Shown in pieces: positions 9,269-18,339 of a stretch of 64,000 nt of DNA. The notes below the pieces were generated by a model. It made no database searches. It saw only the letters and a program-made list of their open reading frames with translations, and was not told where the DNA came from. The stretch lies in NCBI GenBank assembly GCA_965250215.1, contig CBDFNN010000004.1, positions 4,443,403 through 4,507,402 on the forward strand, written 5' to 3'. Position numbers and translations under genes: made by a program. Source of the DNA: Rhodothermales bacterium (GTDB taxonomy: Bacteria; Bacteroidota; Rhodothermia; Rhodothermales; DATKEJ01). The first letter of the stretch is position 1; each line of letters starts with the position of its first letter.

Positions 9269-10324
9269 ATGGATATCGCCGCAGCAGACGCTTCAATCGA
9301 GAGTGTTAAAGAGTACTACGGAAAAACCCTAAAAACACAGGACGATCTAAAGACGACGGCCTGTTGCACAGCGGACGCCCTTCCGAACTATATCAAGAAT
9401 ATTGTCGCGGAAATCGAAGACGAGGTCGTCATCAAGTACTACGGATGCGGATCCCCGCTTCCTGTCAGTTTAGAAGGCTGCACCGTATTAGATCTTGGAA
9501 GCGGAACTGGTCGAGACGTCTATGTCGCCTCTAAGCTCGTTGGTCCAGACGGATACGTGATTGGCATCGACATGACGGATGAGCAACTGGAAGTCGCCAA
9601 TCGGTACAAGGAATCCCAGACTCGGAAATTCGGCTTCGACACACCTAATGTCGAATTCAGAAAAGGCTACATCGAGGATCTCAAAGGTGCTGGTATCAAG
9701 GACAATTCTATCGATGTCGTCATTTCCAATTGCGTCCTGAATCTTTCTCCTGAAAAATCAAAAGTCTTCGAGGAAATATATCGAGTCCTCAAACCCGGAG
9801 GCGAGCTATTTTTTGCAGACGTTTTTGCGGACAGACGTATTCCGGAGGACTTACAATACGATCCGATTATCAGAGGCGAATGCCTTGGCGGTGCGATGTA
9901 CGGAGAAGATTTCCGCCGAACGATGAGCGAGATCGGCTTTGCCGATTTCAGGATCCTAAAATCCTCCCCGATAGACGTCGAGGACGAGCAGATTGCGCGC
10001 AAGCTTGGCAATATTAAATTCCGATCAGACACTGTCCGAGCTTTTAAACTAGATAGCTTGGAAGATCGATGTGAGGACTTCGGCCAAGTTGCTACCTACC
10101 TCGGCACGATTGAGGAGAGCCCCCACTCTTTTGAATTAGACGATCATCATCTATTCGAGACAGGCAGACCCATGCTGGTCTGCGGTAATTCCGCCGCGAT
10201 GCTTGAGGAGACAAGGTTCGGAAAACACTTCAGAATCGACGGCAAACGGGATACTCACTTTGGGCTTTTTGACTGCGAGCCGGCACCTGCAAACTCCGAT
10301 ACTGAAGGTGGGAGTTGCTGCTAG
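9269..10324 (+). CDS. arsM: arsenite S-adenosylmethionine methyltransferase
   Basis: SAM-binding motif VLDLGSGTGRDV. ArsM-like conserved Cys are present (ACC near the N-terminus, ISNCVLNL, RGECLGGA), and the architecture matches ArsM. Confidence 0.75.
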   Translation: MDIAAADASIESVKEYYGKTLKTQDDLKTTACCTADALPNYIKNIVAEIEDEVVIKYYGCGSPLPVSLEGCTVLDLGSGTGRDVYVASKLVGPDGYVIGIDMTDEQLEVANRYKESQTRKFGFDTPNVEFRKGYIEDLKGAGIKDNSIDVVISNCVLNLSPEKSKVFEEIYRVLKPGGELFFADVFADRRIPEDLQYDPIIRGECLGGAMYGEDFRRTMSEIGFADFRILKSSPIDVEDEQIARKLGNIKFRSDTVRAFKLDSLEDRCEDFGQVATYLGTIEESPHSFELDDHHLFETGRPMLVCGNSAAMLEETRFGKHFRIDGKRDTHFGLFDCEPAPANSDTEGGSCC

Positions 10325-10404
10325 GAGATAGTCGTCAAATCTCAGTTGCAGTCGTCAGGAAGATTAGCTGAGAGCAGCTCTAACGAAGTATATCTCCCTT
10401 ATGA

Positions 10405-10435
10405 ATTCTGAAATCTGACGACTGAAGACTGACTA
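10405..10435 (+). repeat. dispersed repeat family A (core CTGACGACTGAAG), left copy flanking the four-helix-bundle gene
   Basis: Sequence is ctgaaatctgacgactgaagactgactac. Related copies occur at 10838, 44019 and 50579. Confidence 0.8.
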
Positions 10436-10783
10436 CTTCCTCGCAAGTTTGAGCAATTTGGAAAGCATCTTCTTTACTTCAATTGTTGTGGACCTCCAAG
10501 CAGTAAACTCCTCAAGGTTGACAAGGGCAGCCTGCTTAAGAAAAATCAACTGGTACTCGACTTCGCAAGCGGAGCTAAAGGCCATCTGGAAGAAGTGAGC
10601 TTTGTCTTTTTCAGTCCTCCGTCCACATCCCTCCGCTATATTGCAGGAGACGGAGAAGGAAGATCTTCGAATCTGATTTACGAGATACCTATCATTGTAA
10701 CCGACCCGCTTTGTTGCTTGATAAATACTGAAACTTAGAGCATGCGCCTTGCGCCAGACAATTAGATTTTGAAAGTCCTGCAT
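10433..10783 (-). CDS. four-helix-bundle protein (23S rRNA intervening-sequence protein family)
   Basis: 116 aa beginning MQDFQNLIVWRKAHALSFSIYQATK, the typical N-terminus of the TIGR02436-like family. Confidence 0.8.
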   Translation of the reverse strand: MQDFQNLIVWRKAHALSFSIYQATKRVGYNDRYLVNQIRRSSFSVSCNIAEGCGRRTEKDKAHFFQMAFSSACEVEYQLIFLKQAALVNLEEFTAWRSTTIEVKKMLSKLLKLARK

Positions 10784-10837
10784 TCAATTTAATAATAAAG
10801 ACACCGCATCACTCAGTACATAACCTTCTCAGTTCTT

Positions 10838-10870
10838 CTCTGACGACTGAAGGCTGAGGGCTGACGACTA
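10838..10870 (+). repeat. dispersed repeat family A, right copy flanking the four-helix-bundle gene
   Basis: Sequence is tctgacgactgaaggctgagggctgacgactac. It is in the same orientation as the copy at 10405, and both end in gactac. Confidence 0.8.
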
Positions 10871-12561
10871 CCCTGGAAAACTCTGTTCAAATAGCAACGC
10901 GTTCTGCCGACTTCATCGCCGAGGAATACAACTCCTACATCGATGAATTCCTCCTCATCTCGGGACGGGCTCGAGAGCGATTTGAGCAAAGAGATTGGGC
11001 TGGAGCAAAACTTGACAGTGCGGCACGTCTTAAGGTCTACAATAGAAGTATTCGAGATACGACCCAAGGCCTTCGGGGTATTCTAGGGGACAACTACACC
11101 AAAAAGGAAGAGTGGGCTATCATCAAGAGAGCTTTTGGTGACCGAGCAAGGGGACATCAAGATATTGAGCTTGCAGAGACCTACTACAATTCCGTTGTGA
11201 GAAAAGTCTATTTGAGGCATCAAGCTGATCCACTCATTCAGTTCGTTGGATCTCGATATGAAAGATTTAGACACGAGCCTGCTGAGCCTATCTACTGGAC
11301 TTGCTGGTCTTCGGAAGGGACGGCAGATCTTGTCAAGAAAATTGTCAGTCGTGCTTTTGACACCGACTTATTTCGAGACCTTCAAATTGATAGTCTGAAA
11401 GCCGCAGAGCTGATTGACAAAGACCTCCGTGGAAATGAGATCGATGTAATTGAAATTCTAAAGCCCGTATTCTTTCGAAACAAAGGGGCCTATTTAGTCG
11501 GGCGCGTCATTTATAAAAATGGAAAAGCTGCACCCCTCGCGCTGGCACTCTTGCATCAGGAAGATGGAGTTTTCATTGATGCAGTTTTAGCCACACAAAA
11601 GTCCGTCGAAAACATTTTTGGCTTTACGCGATCCTATTTTCAAGTCGACTCGCCCACCCCAAATCGCTTGGTCCACTTCCTGAAGAATGTTCTTCCGCGC
11701 CACTACTCCTCAGAGTTGTACATCTCCCTCGGATTCGACAAGCATGGAAAAACCGAGCTCTTCCGCGATCTCAAATACCACCTCTCGCTAAACGAAGCCA
11801 TTATCGAGGCTCCGGGAATCGAAGGGATGGTAATGATGGTCTTTACTATGTCGACTTTCGATTACGTATTCAAGATCATCAAAGACAAATTCGAACCACC
11901 AAAAACGGTGACACACGAGATCGTCAGAGAACGCTATCAATACATATTTGTCCATGATCGCGTGGGTCGTCTGATGGATACGCAGGAGTTCAACTTCGTC
12001 AAGTTTCCAAAGGAAAAGTTTGATCCTAAATTGTTAGAGGAACTGCTCCAGAAAGCAGGAGACACGGTCATTGTTCAAGGAAATGATGTGCTTATAAAGC
12101 ATATGTACATCGAAAGGAAAGTGGTCCCTCTCAATATCTTCGTCAAGGAGTTTCCGGAAAATGACGTTGTGGATGTGGTTTCCGATTATGGGCAGGCCAT
12201 GAAGGATCTTTCGGCAGCGAACATTTTTCCTGGCGACATTTTCTTGAAAAACTTTGGTGTGACAAAGAACAACCGAGTCGTCCTTTATGACTATGATGAA
12301 GTCTGTAGAATCACCGACTGCGACTTTGACACACTCCCCGATCGGGATGATTTTGGAGGAGAAATCCATGTCGACCCGGACACTGTTTTTCCTTCTGAAT
12401 TAAGAACTTATCTCGGACTGAAGCAGCCATACCGAGCTCACTTTGAAGCGGAGCACAGCGATATTTTCACGGTTGAGTTTTGGAATCAAAGAAAGAAAGA
12501 GATTGAGGATGGCCGATGGGTTGATTTCTATCCTTACGGAAAAGAACATCGTTTGGATTAA
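10861..12561 (+). CDS. aceK: bifunctional isocitrate dehydrogenase kinase/phosphatase
   Basis: The first in-frame ATG is at 11197. The open frame upstream back to the stop at 10855 encodes a conserved AceK N-terminus (ERFEQRDWAGA, cf. E. coli QQRFEQADW). The start is therefore non-ATG or lost, and the 5' end is approximate. Confidence 0.75.
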   Translation: MTTTLENSVQIATRSADFIAEEYNSYIDEFLLISGRARERFEQRDWAGAKLDSAARLKVYNRSIRDTTQGLRGILGDNYTKKEEWAIIKRAFGDRARGHQDIELAETYYNSVVRKVYLRHQADPLIQFVGSRYERFRHEPAEPIYWTCWSSEGTADLVKKIVSRAFDTDLFRDLQIDSLKAAELIDKDLRGNEIDVIEILKPVFFRNKGAYLVGRVIYKNGKAAPLALALLHQEDGVFIDAVLATQKSVENIFGFTRSYFQVDSPTPNRLVHFLKNVLPRHYSSELYISLGFDKHGKTELFRDLKYHLSLNEAIIEAPGIEGMVMMVFTMSTFDYVFKIIKDKFEPPKTVTHEIVRERYQYIFVHDRVGRLMDTQEFNFVKFPKEKFDPKLLEELLQKAGDTVIVQGNDVLIKHMYIERKVVPLNIFVKEFPENDVVDVVSDYGQAMKDLSAANIFPGDIFLKNFGVTKNNRVVLYDYDEVCRITDCDFDTLPDRDDFGGEIHVDPDTVFPSELRTYLGLKQPYRAHFEAEHSDIFTVEFWNQRKKEIEDGRWVDFYPYGKEHRLD

Positions 12562-12698
12562 GGAACGGGGTTCGTGGAATTCCCAAACTCAGCTCAAGCG
12601 AGAATTGTGAATCTTGACCGGTCTGTAGCGCGTCTACTCCTCTTTATTTTTCTTCACTATCTAGACTTCGATAAACTCGGTAGAGCAACCACACCTAT

Positions 12699-13217
12699 AT
12701 GCGATTTTCTTTATCCCTCCTGACCTTCAGCATATTCCTCTTATTCAGCTATTCGACGATCGCGGCACAGAATCAGGGACAGCCTGCATGCTCTAGCACC
12801 GATCATTCTGGGTTCGACTTTTGGATTGGTGAGTGGAAAGTCGTGGATGCAGAGGGAAAGCATCAAGGTGACAATTCGATCGTCAAGGTTGAAAAAGACT
12901 GTGTCTTAACGGAAAGTTGGACGAGCTCGACAGGATTCACGGGCCGAAGTATGAATTACTTCGATCCTTCGGATTCAACATGGAATCAGCTTTGGCTCGA
13001 TGGTAGCGGCACTATTTTGAAACTAAAAGGACAAGCTTCAGAAGGGAAGATGGTCCTCAACTCAGATCTAAAAAAGGGCAGAGTCGGAAAAATGTTCTAC
13101 AACCAAATCACCTGGTCTCAACAAGAAGACGGAACAGTTCTTCAGCTTTGGGAGATTTTTGGAGAGGACAACCTGCTTCTTTCGACCGCATTTTCCGGTA
13201 TCTACCAAAGGAAATGA
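12699..13217 (+). CDS. secreted hypothetical protein
   Basis: 172 aa with signal peptide MRFSLSLLTFSIFLLFSYSTIAAQ. No family assigned. Confidence 0.5.
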   Translation: MRFSLSLLTFSIFLLFSYSTIAAQNQGQPACSSTDHSGFDFWIGEWKVVDAEGKHQGDNSIVKVEKDCVLTESWTSSTGFTGRSMNYFDPSDSTWNQLWLDGSGTILKLKGQASEGKMVLNSDLKKGRVGKMFYNQITWSQQEDGTVLQLWEIFGEDNLLLSTAFSGIYQRK

Positions 13218-13332
13218 CCTAGGTCCTAGTTCGTGAGATTCAGGAGCTCATCGCGAAAGGAAGGAGCAAACAGGAATGTCCTTAATTTCTATTTTAGGCT
13301 ATCTGAATCTTGCACCGGCCAACGTCCACCAT

Positions 13333-13366
13333 TCGGAACACAGAACACGGAACACGGAACACGGAA
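13333..13366 (+). repeat. heptamer tandem mini-repeat (GAACACG)n, repeat family C
   Basis: Sequence is gaacacagaacacggaacacggaacacggaaaa. An inverted copy lies at 54971..54998. Confidence 0.8.
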
Positions 13367-13378
13367 AATACCTCCCTC

Positions 13379-13663
13379 ATGCCAATTCATCTAACACATT
13401 ATACCGCCCTTGACGGGAAGGCCAACGATTTAAAGGCCGTGCTTGAGAATTTTCTACTACTCCTGCGCGATTCCGACGGATGCATCTCCTGCGAACTACT
13501 ACTCGATGTTGACGACGTAAATCACTTGACAATCAAGGACGAGTGGGAAAGTTTAGAAGCACACAAAGAGGGTCTTCATAATATCCCCTCCGACCTTCAT
13601 AGATCGGCGATGCTGCTCTTGGTCGAACGTCCAAGTGGTATTTACTTTGAAGGTGAGAGTTGA
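13379..13663 (+). CDS. antibiotic-biosynthesis-monooxygenase (ABM/Dabb)-like small protein
   Basis: About 95 aa from MPIHLTHYTALDGKANDLK. Size and pattern suggest a ferredoxin-like fold. The upstream part of ORF 13310 is repeat-derived. Confidence 0.45.
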   Translation: MPIHLTHYTALDGKANDLKAVLENFLLLLRDSDGCISCELLLDVDDVNHLTIKDEWESLEAHKEGLHNIPSDLHRSAMLLLVERPSGIYFEGES

Positions 13664-13707
13664 TAGTCAAGAATATTCCTGGTATTGTGTATCAGACCTT
13701 GTGAGGC

Positions 13708-14244
13708 CTACTGAATCGTCACCTTAAAGGATAAGTCGACATCACTTTCATCCGACAGACTTGTACCGTCCTTTACTTGCGAGTCATAGTGACTTAGAAT
13801 GACTCGAAGCTGACCCTCTGAAGGCTCTCCTGTATCAAATTGAAAGCTCAGCCCAATGGGCAAACCGTTGACGTCTTGGTCGTTTGACGTGACGTCTAGT
13901 TTTAAATCAATATCAGACTGGTAGTGGATTTGGTGCTCGTCTGATTCTTCCTCGACCTCACTCGTGATATCCTCATTGTTAACAGTGTCCTCGAATCGAA
14001 TACTGCCAACATAGTTCGTCAATGCTTCCAATATAATATCGTCAATCACAAAGCCGGTGCCATCTCCATCAGGGTCGGATGCCGTAGCTATGATCGGGTC
14101 GCGCTCGAATGCTGTCAAAGTCAAGGTCACTTTGGTTATTAATTCCTCCTCTCCTGGACCTTGAAGAGGCTCAGTGCTATCGCATGCGAAAAGACCAAGA
14201 CTGAGGACAATTGCCATTATTCCAGATAAATATGATCTCGTCAT
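13708..14244 (-). CDS. hypothetical lipoprotein
   Basis: Signal peptide plus lipobox (LGLFACDS). The protein is acidic and lies downstream of a TonB-dependent receptor. Confidence 0.5.
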   Translation of the reverse strand: MTRSYLSGIMAIVLSLGLFACDSTEPLQGPGEEELITKVTLTLTAFERDPIIATASDPDGDGTGFVIDDIILEALTNYVGSIRFEDTVNNEDITSEVEEESDEHQIHYQSDIDLKLDVTSNDQDVNGLPIGLSFQFDTGEPSEGQLRVILSHYDSQVKDGTSLSDESDVDLSFKVTIQ

Positions 14245-14368
14245 TCTTATAGTTTGATTTTATGTTTTATTTCAGCTGTTGGACTCTCTGCTCAGGAAAT
14301 GATTGCATATATCAGACATTTGGTGCTTCTGCATTATGGCCAAGGGGCTTTCCCAATAGGTGAGCAGA

Positions 14369-16672
14369 CTAACCAAATGGCACGTTTATTCTTAGGACGA
14401 CATCTCTCCCCGGATCGTCCACGAAATATCGATAACGACTTAGGTAGTCACGATATTTTGTATCGAAAATATTTCTAACGGAGACACTCATTTGCCCGAC
14501 TTTCGTTAGCCAGGGAAAGTCACTAGAAAATTCTAGATTAACCAAAGTGTAGCCGTCTGGTGGATCGCTAAAATCTACCCCCTCCGGAAATCGATCTTGG
14601 CGGAAGACCGTCGAAAATGACAGCTCGAGATTCGTCTTATATAAACGATGGAACCACGGCAAATCGTAGCCGAAACTCCCTCCTAGCCTATCAGACGGCA
14701 TATTTATCAATGGCAATTCCGCCGACGTATCTTCAGCGATAATCATACTTGTCGAGAGCCCAAGGCTCATTAAAGGAAATGGATGAAACTCTACTCTGGC
14801 ATCAAAGCCTTTTAAAAGGGCATCGGTCTGTTGATACTCAAAATTGGGATAGCTTCCTCTAATTGTTACTCGATATTGACCGGTCGGAAATACATGGATG
14901 AAATCTCTAATGCGGTTGGCATAGAGGGACAATTCTCCATGAATCAATTCTGTGTCGACTCTAGCACTAATATCCAAGCTTAATGATCTTTCGAGCTTCA
15001 AGTCGGGATTGCCTTCCTCAAACTGAGCCGTTCCATGATGTACTCCAAAGTTGTACAGTTCATTGACTGACGGCGGACGCCAAGCCGATGATAGAGTGGA
15101 AGAAAGAGAATAACTCTGGCCAAAGGATTTGATGACACCTACAATTCCTGTAATACTGGACCAAGACTTGTCATTCTTTTCGAATTTGCTTCCACCTCCT
15201 AGGTCAAGCCATGCTCCTAATTGTTTATAGTCGAAGCGGCCCCCACCCTCGATAGTCCAGCTATCAAGTATTCTCGACTCTCTCAGAAATGCACCGAGGG
15301 CGTGCGAACGATAGTTGGGTATAAGTTGGCCCGATTCACCATTTCGATTTGCTTGGTTGGTATAGGACAAACCAAGACTCCGAATGTAGTTTTCACCTAG
15401 ACTTTCGTTCTTCAGCTCTAATGAATTGGTAAGTAGATCTAGTCGAAAGGCAGCCTTTTCCGAGTTTCCCTGACCATGCGCATCAAACTCCTCTCGCCCA
15501 TTATTTTGCAAACCATAGATCAATTGAAGATGTGAATTCTGTGACCAGTCATAGTGGGCATCGACCGTCAACATATCATGAGCAATGGTCTGCTTCGGGC
15601 TCTCAATATCATAGGTAAACTCGCCAACAGAGGAAGGCCGTCCGCGTTCTATTGCACGTTCAAGATCTGCCGCGTTCCCGAAATGAGCATCAGTGAACAA
15701 GCCTAGGCTAGTCCCAAAATGACTGGCATGAATATCAACTCCGATTTCGTCACCATGATATCCTAAGCCCAAGGAGGAATTCAACTCCACGAAGCCGCTG
15801 TTAGAAATGAAATCAAGGGGCGAAGTCGAGGCCCCAGCTTTTCGACCACTAGCCTGTATTCGCCATGCGGCACCTGGAAGAAATGACATAGCAGAGCCCA
15901 GATGAAAGGAGCCCGCGACCTGCCTATTATTCTCAAATAGGTTCGTGCTAAGTCCACCAGAAATCCTCGTCTCCTCAGAGAGCTCAGCTGGGCTGACTTT
16001 AATCACTCCTCCTATGGCACCAATACCATATTCTACCCCAGCTGCGCCTCGAATTATTTCGATGGAACTGGGAGAAAAGGGATCGATTTCTGGTGCATGC
16101 TCCCCGCCCCATTGCTGGCCTTCCTGAGAAACGCCTGAATTTACAACGGTGACCCGTTGACTATGAAGACCTCGAATGACAGGCTTTTGAATCGAAGGTC
16201 CGGTAGAGATCACCGTAACTCCTGCCTGATCCTTGATTATAGATGCGAGCGACTGCCCACGTGTCAAGTCTAGCTCACGACCATCAACGACGGAAACGGA
16301 CATGGTCGCCGAGCGGATGTCAATTCTATCGCGCTCTACAACTACTTCATGCGCATGAAGAGTCGTCTCCCTAAGGATGATGTCTAGTTTGTGACTATCG
16401 TCTCCTTGAAGGATGACCGTTTCTTTCTGAGTCACATAACCAATGAATCTAAATTCGATGTGAATAGCTCCTTCTGGAAGGTTTTCAATTAAATACTTTC
16501 CATCCGGGTCGGAAACCGTTCCTCGCTCAAGAAGCGGGATGTACACCTGGACACCTGGAAGAGCTTGGCTATCTTCATCTATGATGCTGCCACTCAGACT
16601 TTGCGCAAAAAGAGAAAGTGGTATCGTGAGGAGAAAGAAGGAAAGAAGCAGCGGTAATAATCGCTTCGGCAT
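14369..16672 (-). CDS. TonB-dependent receptor with N-terminal carboxypeptidase-regulatory-like domain
   Basis: 767 aa. Signal peptide, CarboxypepD_reg-like N-terminus (GSIIDEDSQALPGVQVYI), plug and beta-barrel regions. Confidence 0.85.
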   Translation of the reverse strand: MPKRLLPLLLSFFLLTIPLSLFAQSLSGSIIDEDSQALPGVQVYIPLLERGTVSDPDGKYLIENLPEGAIHIEFRFIGYVTQKETVILQGDDSHKLDIILRETTLHAHEVVVERDRIDIRSATMSVSVVDGRELDLTRGQSLASIIKDQAGVTVISTGPSIQKPVIRGLHSQRVTVVNSGVSQEGQQWGGEHAPEIDPFSPSSIEIIRGAAGVEYGIGAIGGVIKVSPAELSEETRISGGLSTNLFENNRQVAGSFHLGSAMSFLPGAAWRIQASGRKAGASTSPLDFISNSGFVELNSSLGLGYHGDEIGVDIHASHFGTSLGLFTDAHFGNAADLERAIERGRPSSVGEFTYDIESPKQTIAHDMLTVDAHYDWSQNSHLQLIYGLQNNGREEFDAHGQGNSEKAAFRLDLLTNSLELKNESLGENYIRSLGLSYTNQANRNGESGQLIPNYRSHALGAFLRESRILDSWTIEGGGRFDYKQLGAWLDLGGGSKFEKNDKSWSSITGIVGVIKSFGQSYSLSSTLSSAWRPPSVNELYNFGVHHGTAQFEEGNPDLKLERSLSLDISARVDTELIHGELSLYANRIRDFIHVFPTGQYRVTIRGSYPNFEYQQTDALLKGFDARVEFHPFPLMSLGLSTSMIIAEDTSAELPLINMPSDRLGGSFGYDLPWFHRLYKTNLELSFSTVFRQDRFPEGVDFSDPPDGYTLVNLEFSSDFPWLTKVGQMSVSVRNIFDTKYRDYLSRYRYFVDDPGRDVVLRINVPFG

Positions 16673-16826
16673 CTTGAAAAATTATTTTAAGAAGGTCCGA
16701 CAGATTAATCGGGTCTTCCGAATTTGAGATGTGATATTTCTCACTGGTGACTTTTCGATAGAAGGCCCCAATGATTGGACTGGACGATATCCTTTCGCTA
16801 TCAACTAGCAAAGAATGGGATCGAGA

Positions 16827-17195
16827 TTAGGCCTTGGGAGGGCCACGCTGATTCACATCCAGAATCTGAAGGGATTTGGGAGATCTGTAATCGGAATAAA
16901 ATTTGCTAAGCACGTCCAAGGAAACCTGACTCTTGCTGTTGTCCTCTAGTCCCTTTTTTTTACCTATCGCGCATGCATCGCAATCAAGTTCTCCCAGATT
17001 GGTTTCAAAATGATTCGATGACGAATGTCCTTCTTTGCAAGATCTATCAATGTGATCTGCATGCAACAGCTGATGAATTGGCGGAGCAAATAGACCAAGT
17101 GAAATCACTAGGACTGTAAAGTAATGCGCTATTTTTACGGAGAGCCTAATCTGTTGTGCGTTTTGCGTTGTGAGTGGCTGATTATATCGTTGCAT
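16827..17195 (-). CDS. hypothetical small membrane protein with a His/Cys-rich segment
   Basis: 122 aa with one TM helix, then HQLLHADHIDRSCKEGHSSSNHFE...DCDAC. Immediately downstream of the radical SAM gene. Confidence 0.4.
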   Translation of the reverse strand: MQRYNQPLTTQNAQQIRLSVKIAHYFTVLVISLGLFAPPIHQLLHADHIDRSCKEGHSSSNHFETNLGELDCDACAIGKKKGLEDNSKSQVSLDVLSKFYSDYRSPKSLQILDVNQRGPPKA

Positions 17196-17331
17196 TCGGT
17201 CATTCTGTTCCGCGCGACAGCAGAAGAAGGTCGTTCGTTCTATTAAAGGCCTTTCGTCATTCCCTAGCTAGACCCCTCTTGGTCGACCCTTCGACTCCAC
17301 AAATCTTTTTCTGCTAGACCTCTAGACATCT

Positions 17332-18339
17332 CTACTCGTGGACTTCTCTAGTAAAATTTCTCCGACTCCCAAGTCGATTCGCAAGAGGTTGAGCCAAAAA
17401 CTTCCGTGTGGTATAACCGACTTTAGAAGGAAGGCTCTCCCAGAAGTATCGCCCTCCGGGTGAGGTGGCAAAACTCGGTTCAAAGTAGCAGTTAATTGTG
17501 CATCCCTTGCAAACATCAAGTCGACCTTGAGAAGCACGTTGAGTCTTCACGACATCGGAGTACCAGAGCTCTTCAAGATTTCCCGAAATAGGAATACTCT
17601 CTTCTGCCGCATGGTAACATGGCAAAAGCAGCTCATTGAAGGGTGAGATGACAATTGTGGTCGACACAGCCTTGCAAACAGGATTCTCGGGGTCGTTTCC
17701 TCCTTTTTCTCGAAGGGTAAGAAAAGCAGGGTTCAAATAGGTATAGGACTTTTTGGCAAAAGATCGAACTCTTGCCATCACCTCTTTGCTCAAGCTGTCG
17801 CCCAGTCCGTTGTATTCGAAAAGGGGATTGATCAATAGAACAATCTTATTCGGCCTGGAAATCTCATTGTAGATCCTGTCCAGCTGGTCAACGTTTTGGT
17901 TGGTGACCGTAAAAATGAGGTCGGGTCTTTCACCTATGGACAGAGCCAGATCCAATGATTCCATTAGCGAGTCGAAGCAGTCGACTTCCCGCGACTTATT
18001 ATGCTCTTCACGATCGGCCGAATCGATTGAAAAGTGAAGGAGGTCGACATCCCCTTTCATCGCCTCCGCTCGCTTGGGATACAATAGTCCATTGGTCGTA
18101 ACGGTCGTGACGAATCCCAGTTTTTTAGCCTCACTCAGCATGACGGGAAGCTGCGTGTGCAAGAGAGGTTCTCCTCCCGTGAAATCGACGATTCTTGCAC
18201 CCAGTTTTCGTGCTGCCGATAAATTCGCGCTGACATCCTCCATTTTGACCAATGGCGATGGTCTCTCCCAGATATCGCAAAAACTGCACGCAGCGTTACA
18301 GCGGTATGTCAGATAATAATTGAGGAGAACAGGCTTCAT
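17332..18339 (-). CDS. radical SAM enzyme with C-terminal auxiliary Fe-S (SPASM/twitch-like) domain, PqqE-like peptide-modifying type
   Basis: CNAACSFC (CxxxCxxC) at residues 14-21. GGEPLL and TNG motifs are present. C-terminal Cys cluster is C..x18..C...CKGCTINC. Collinear with PqqE by eye. Confidence 0.75.
   Translation of the reverse strand: MKPVLLNYYLTYRCNAACSFCDIWERPSPLVKMEDVSANLSAARKLGARIVDFTGGEPLLHTQLPVMLSEAKKLGFVTTVTTNGLLYPKRAEAMKGDVDLLHFSIDSADREEHNKSREVDCFDSLMESLDLALSIGERPDLIFTVTNQNVDQLDRIYNEISRPNKIVLLINPLFEYNGLGDSLSKEVMARVRSFAKKSYTYLNPAFLTLREKGGNDPENPVCKAVSTTIVISPFNELLLPCYHAAEESIPISGNLEELWYSDVVKTQRASQGRLDVCKGCTINCYFEPSFATSPGGRYFWESLPSKVGYTTRKFLAQPLANRLGSRRNFTREVHE

Noticed and set aside
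10813-11067. 84-aa minus-strand ORF between the four-helix-bundle gene and aceK
   Set aside because: It is antisense to the conserved aceK N-terminal coding region, and its C-terminus (SRQPSAFSRQ) is a translation of repeat family A, so it is spurious.
17196-17331. Searched for a second small peptide between the rSAM gene and the 122-aa membrane protein
   Set aside because: Only a 21-codon ORF with no coupling or distinctive features was found, and it is not reportable.
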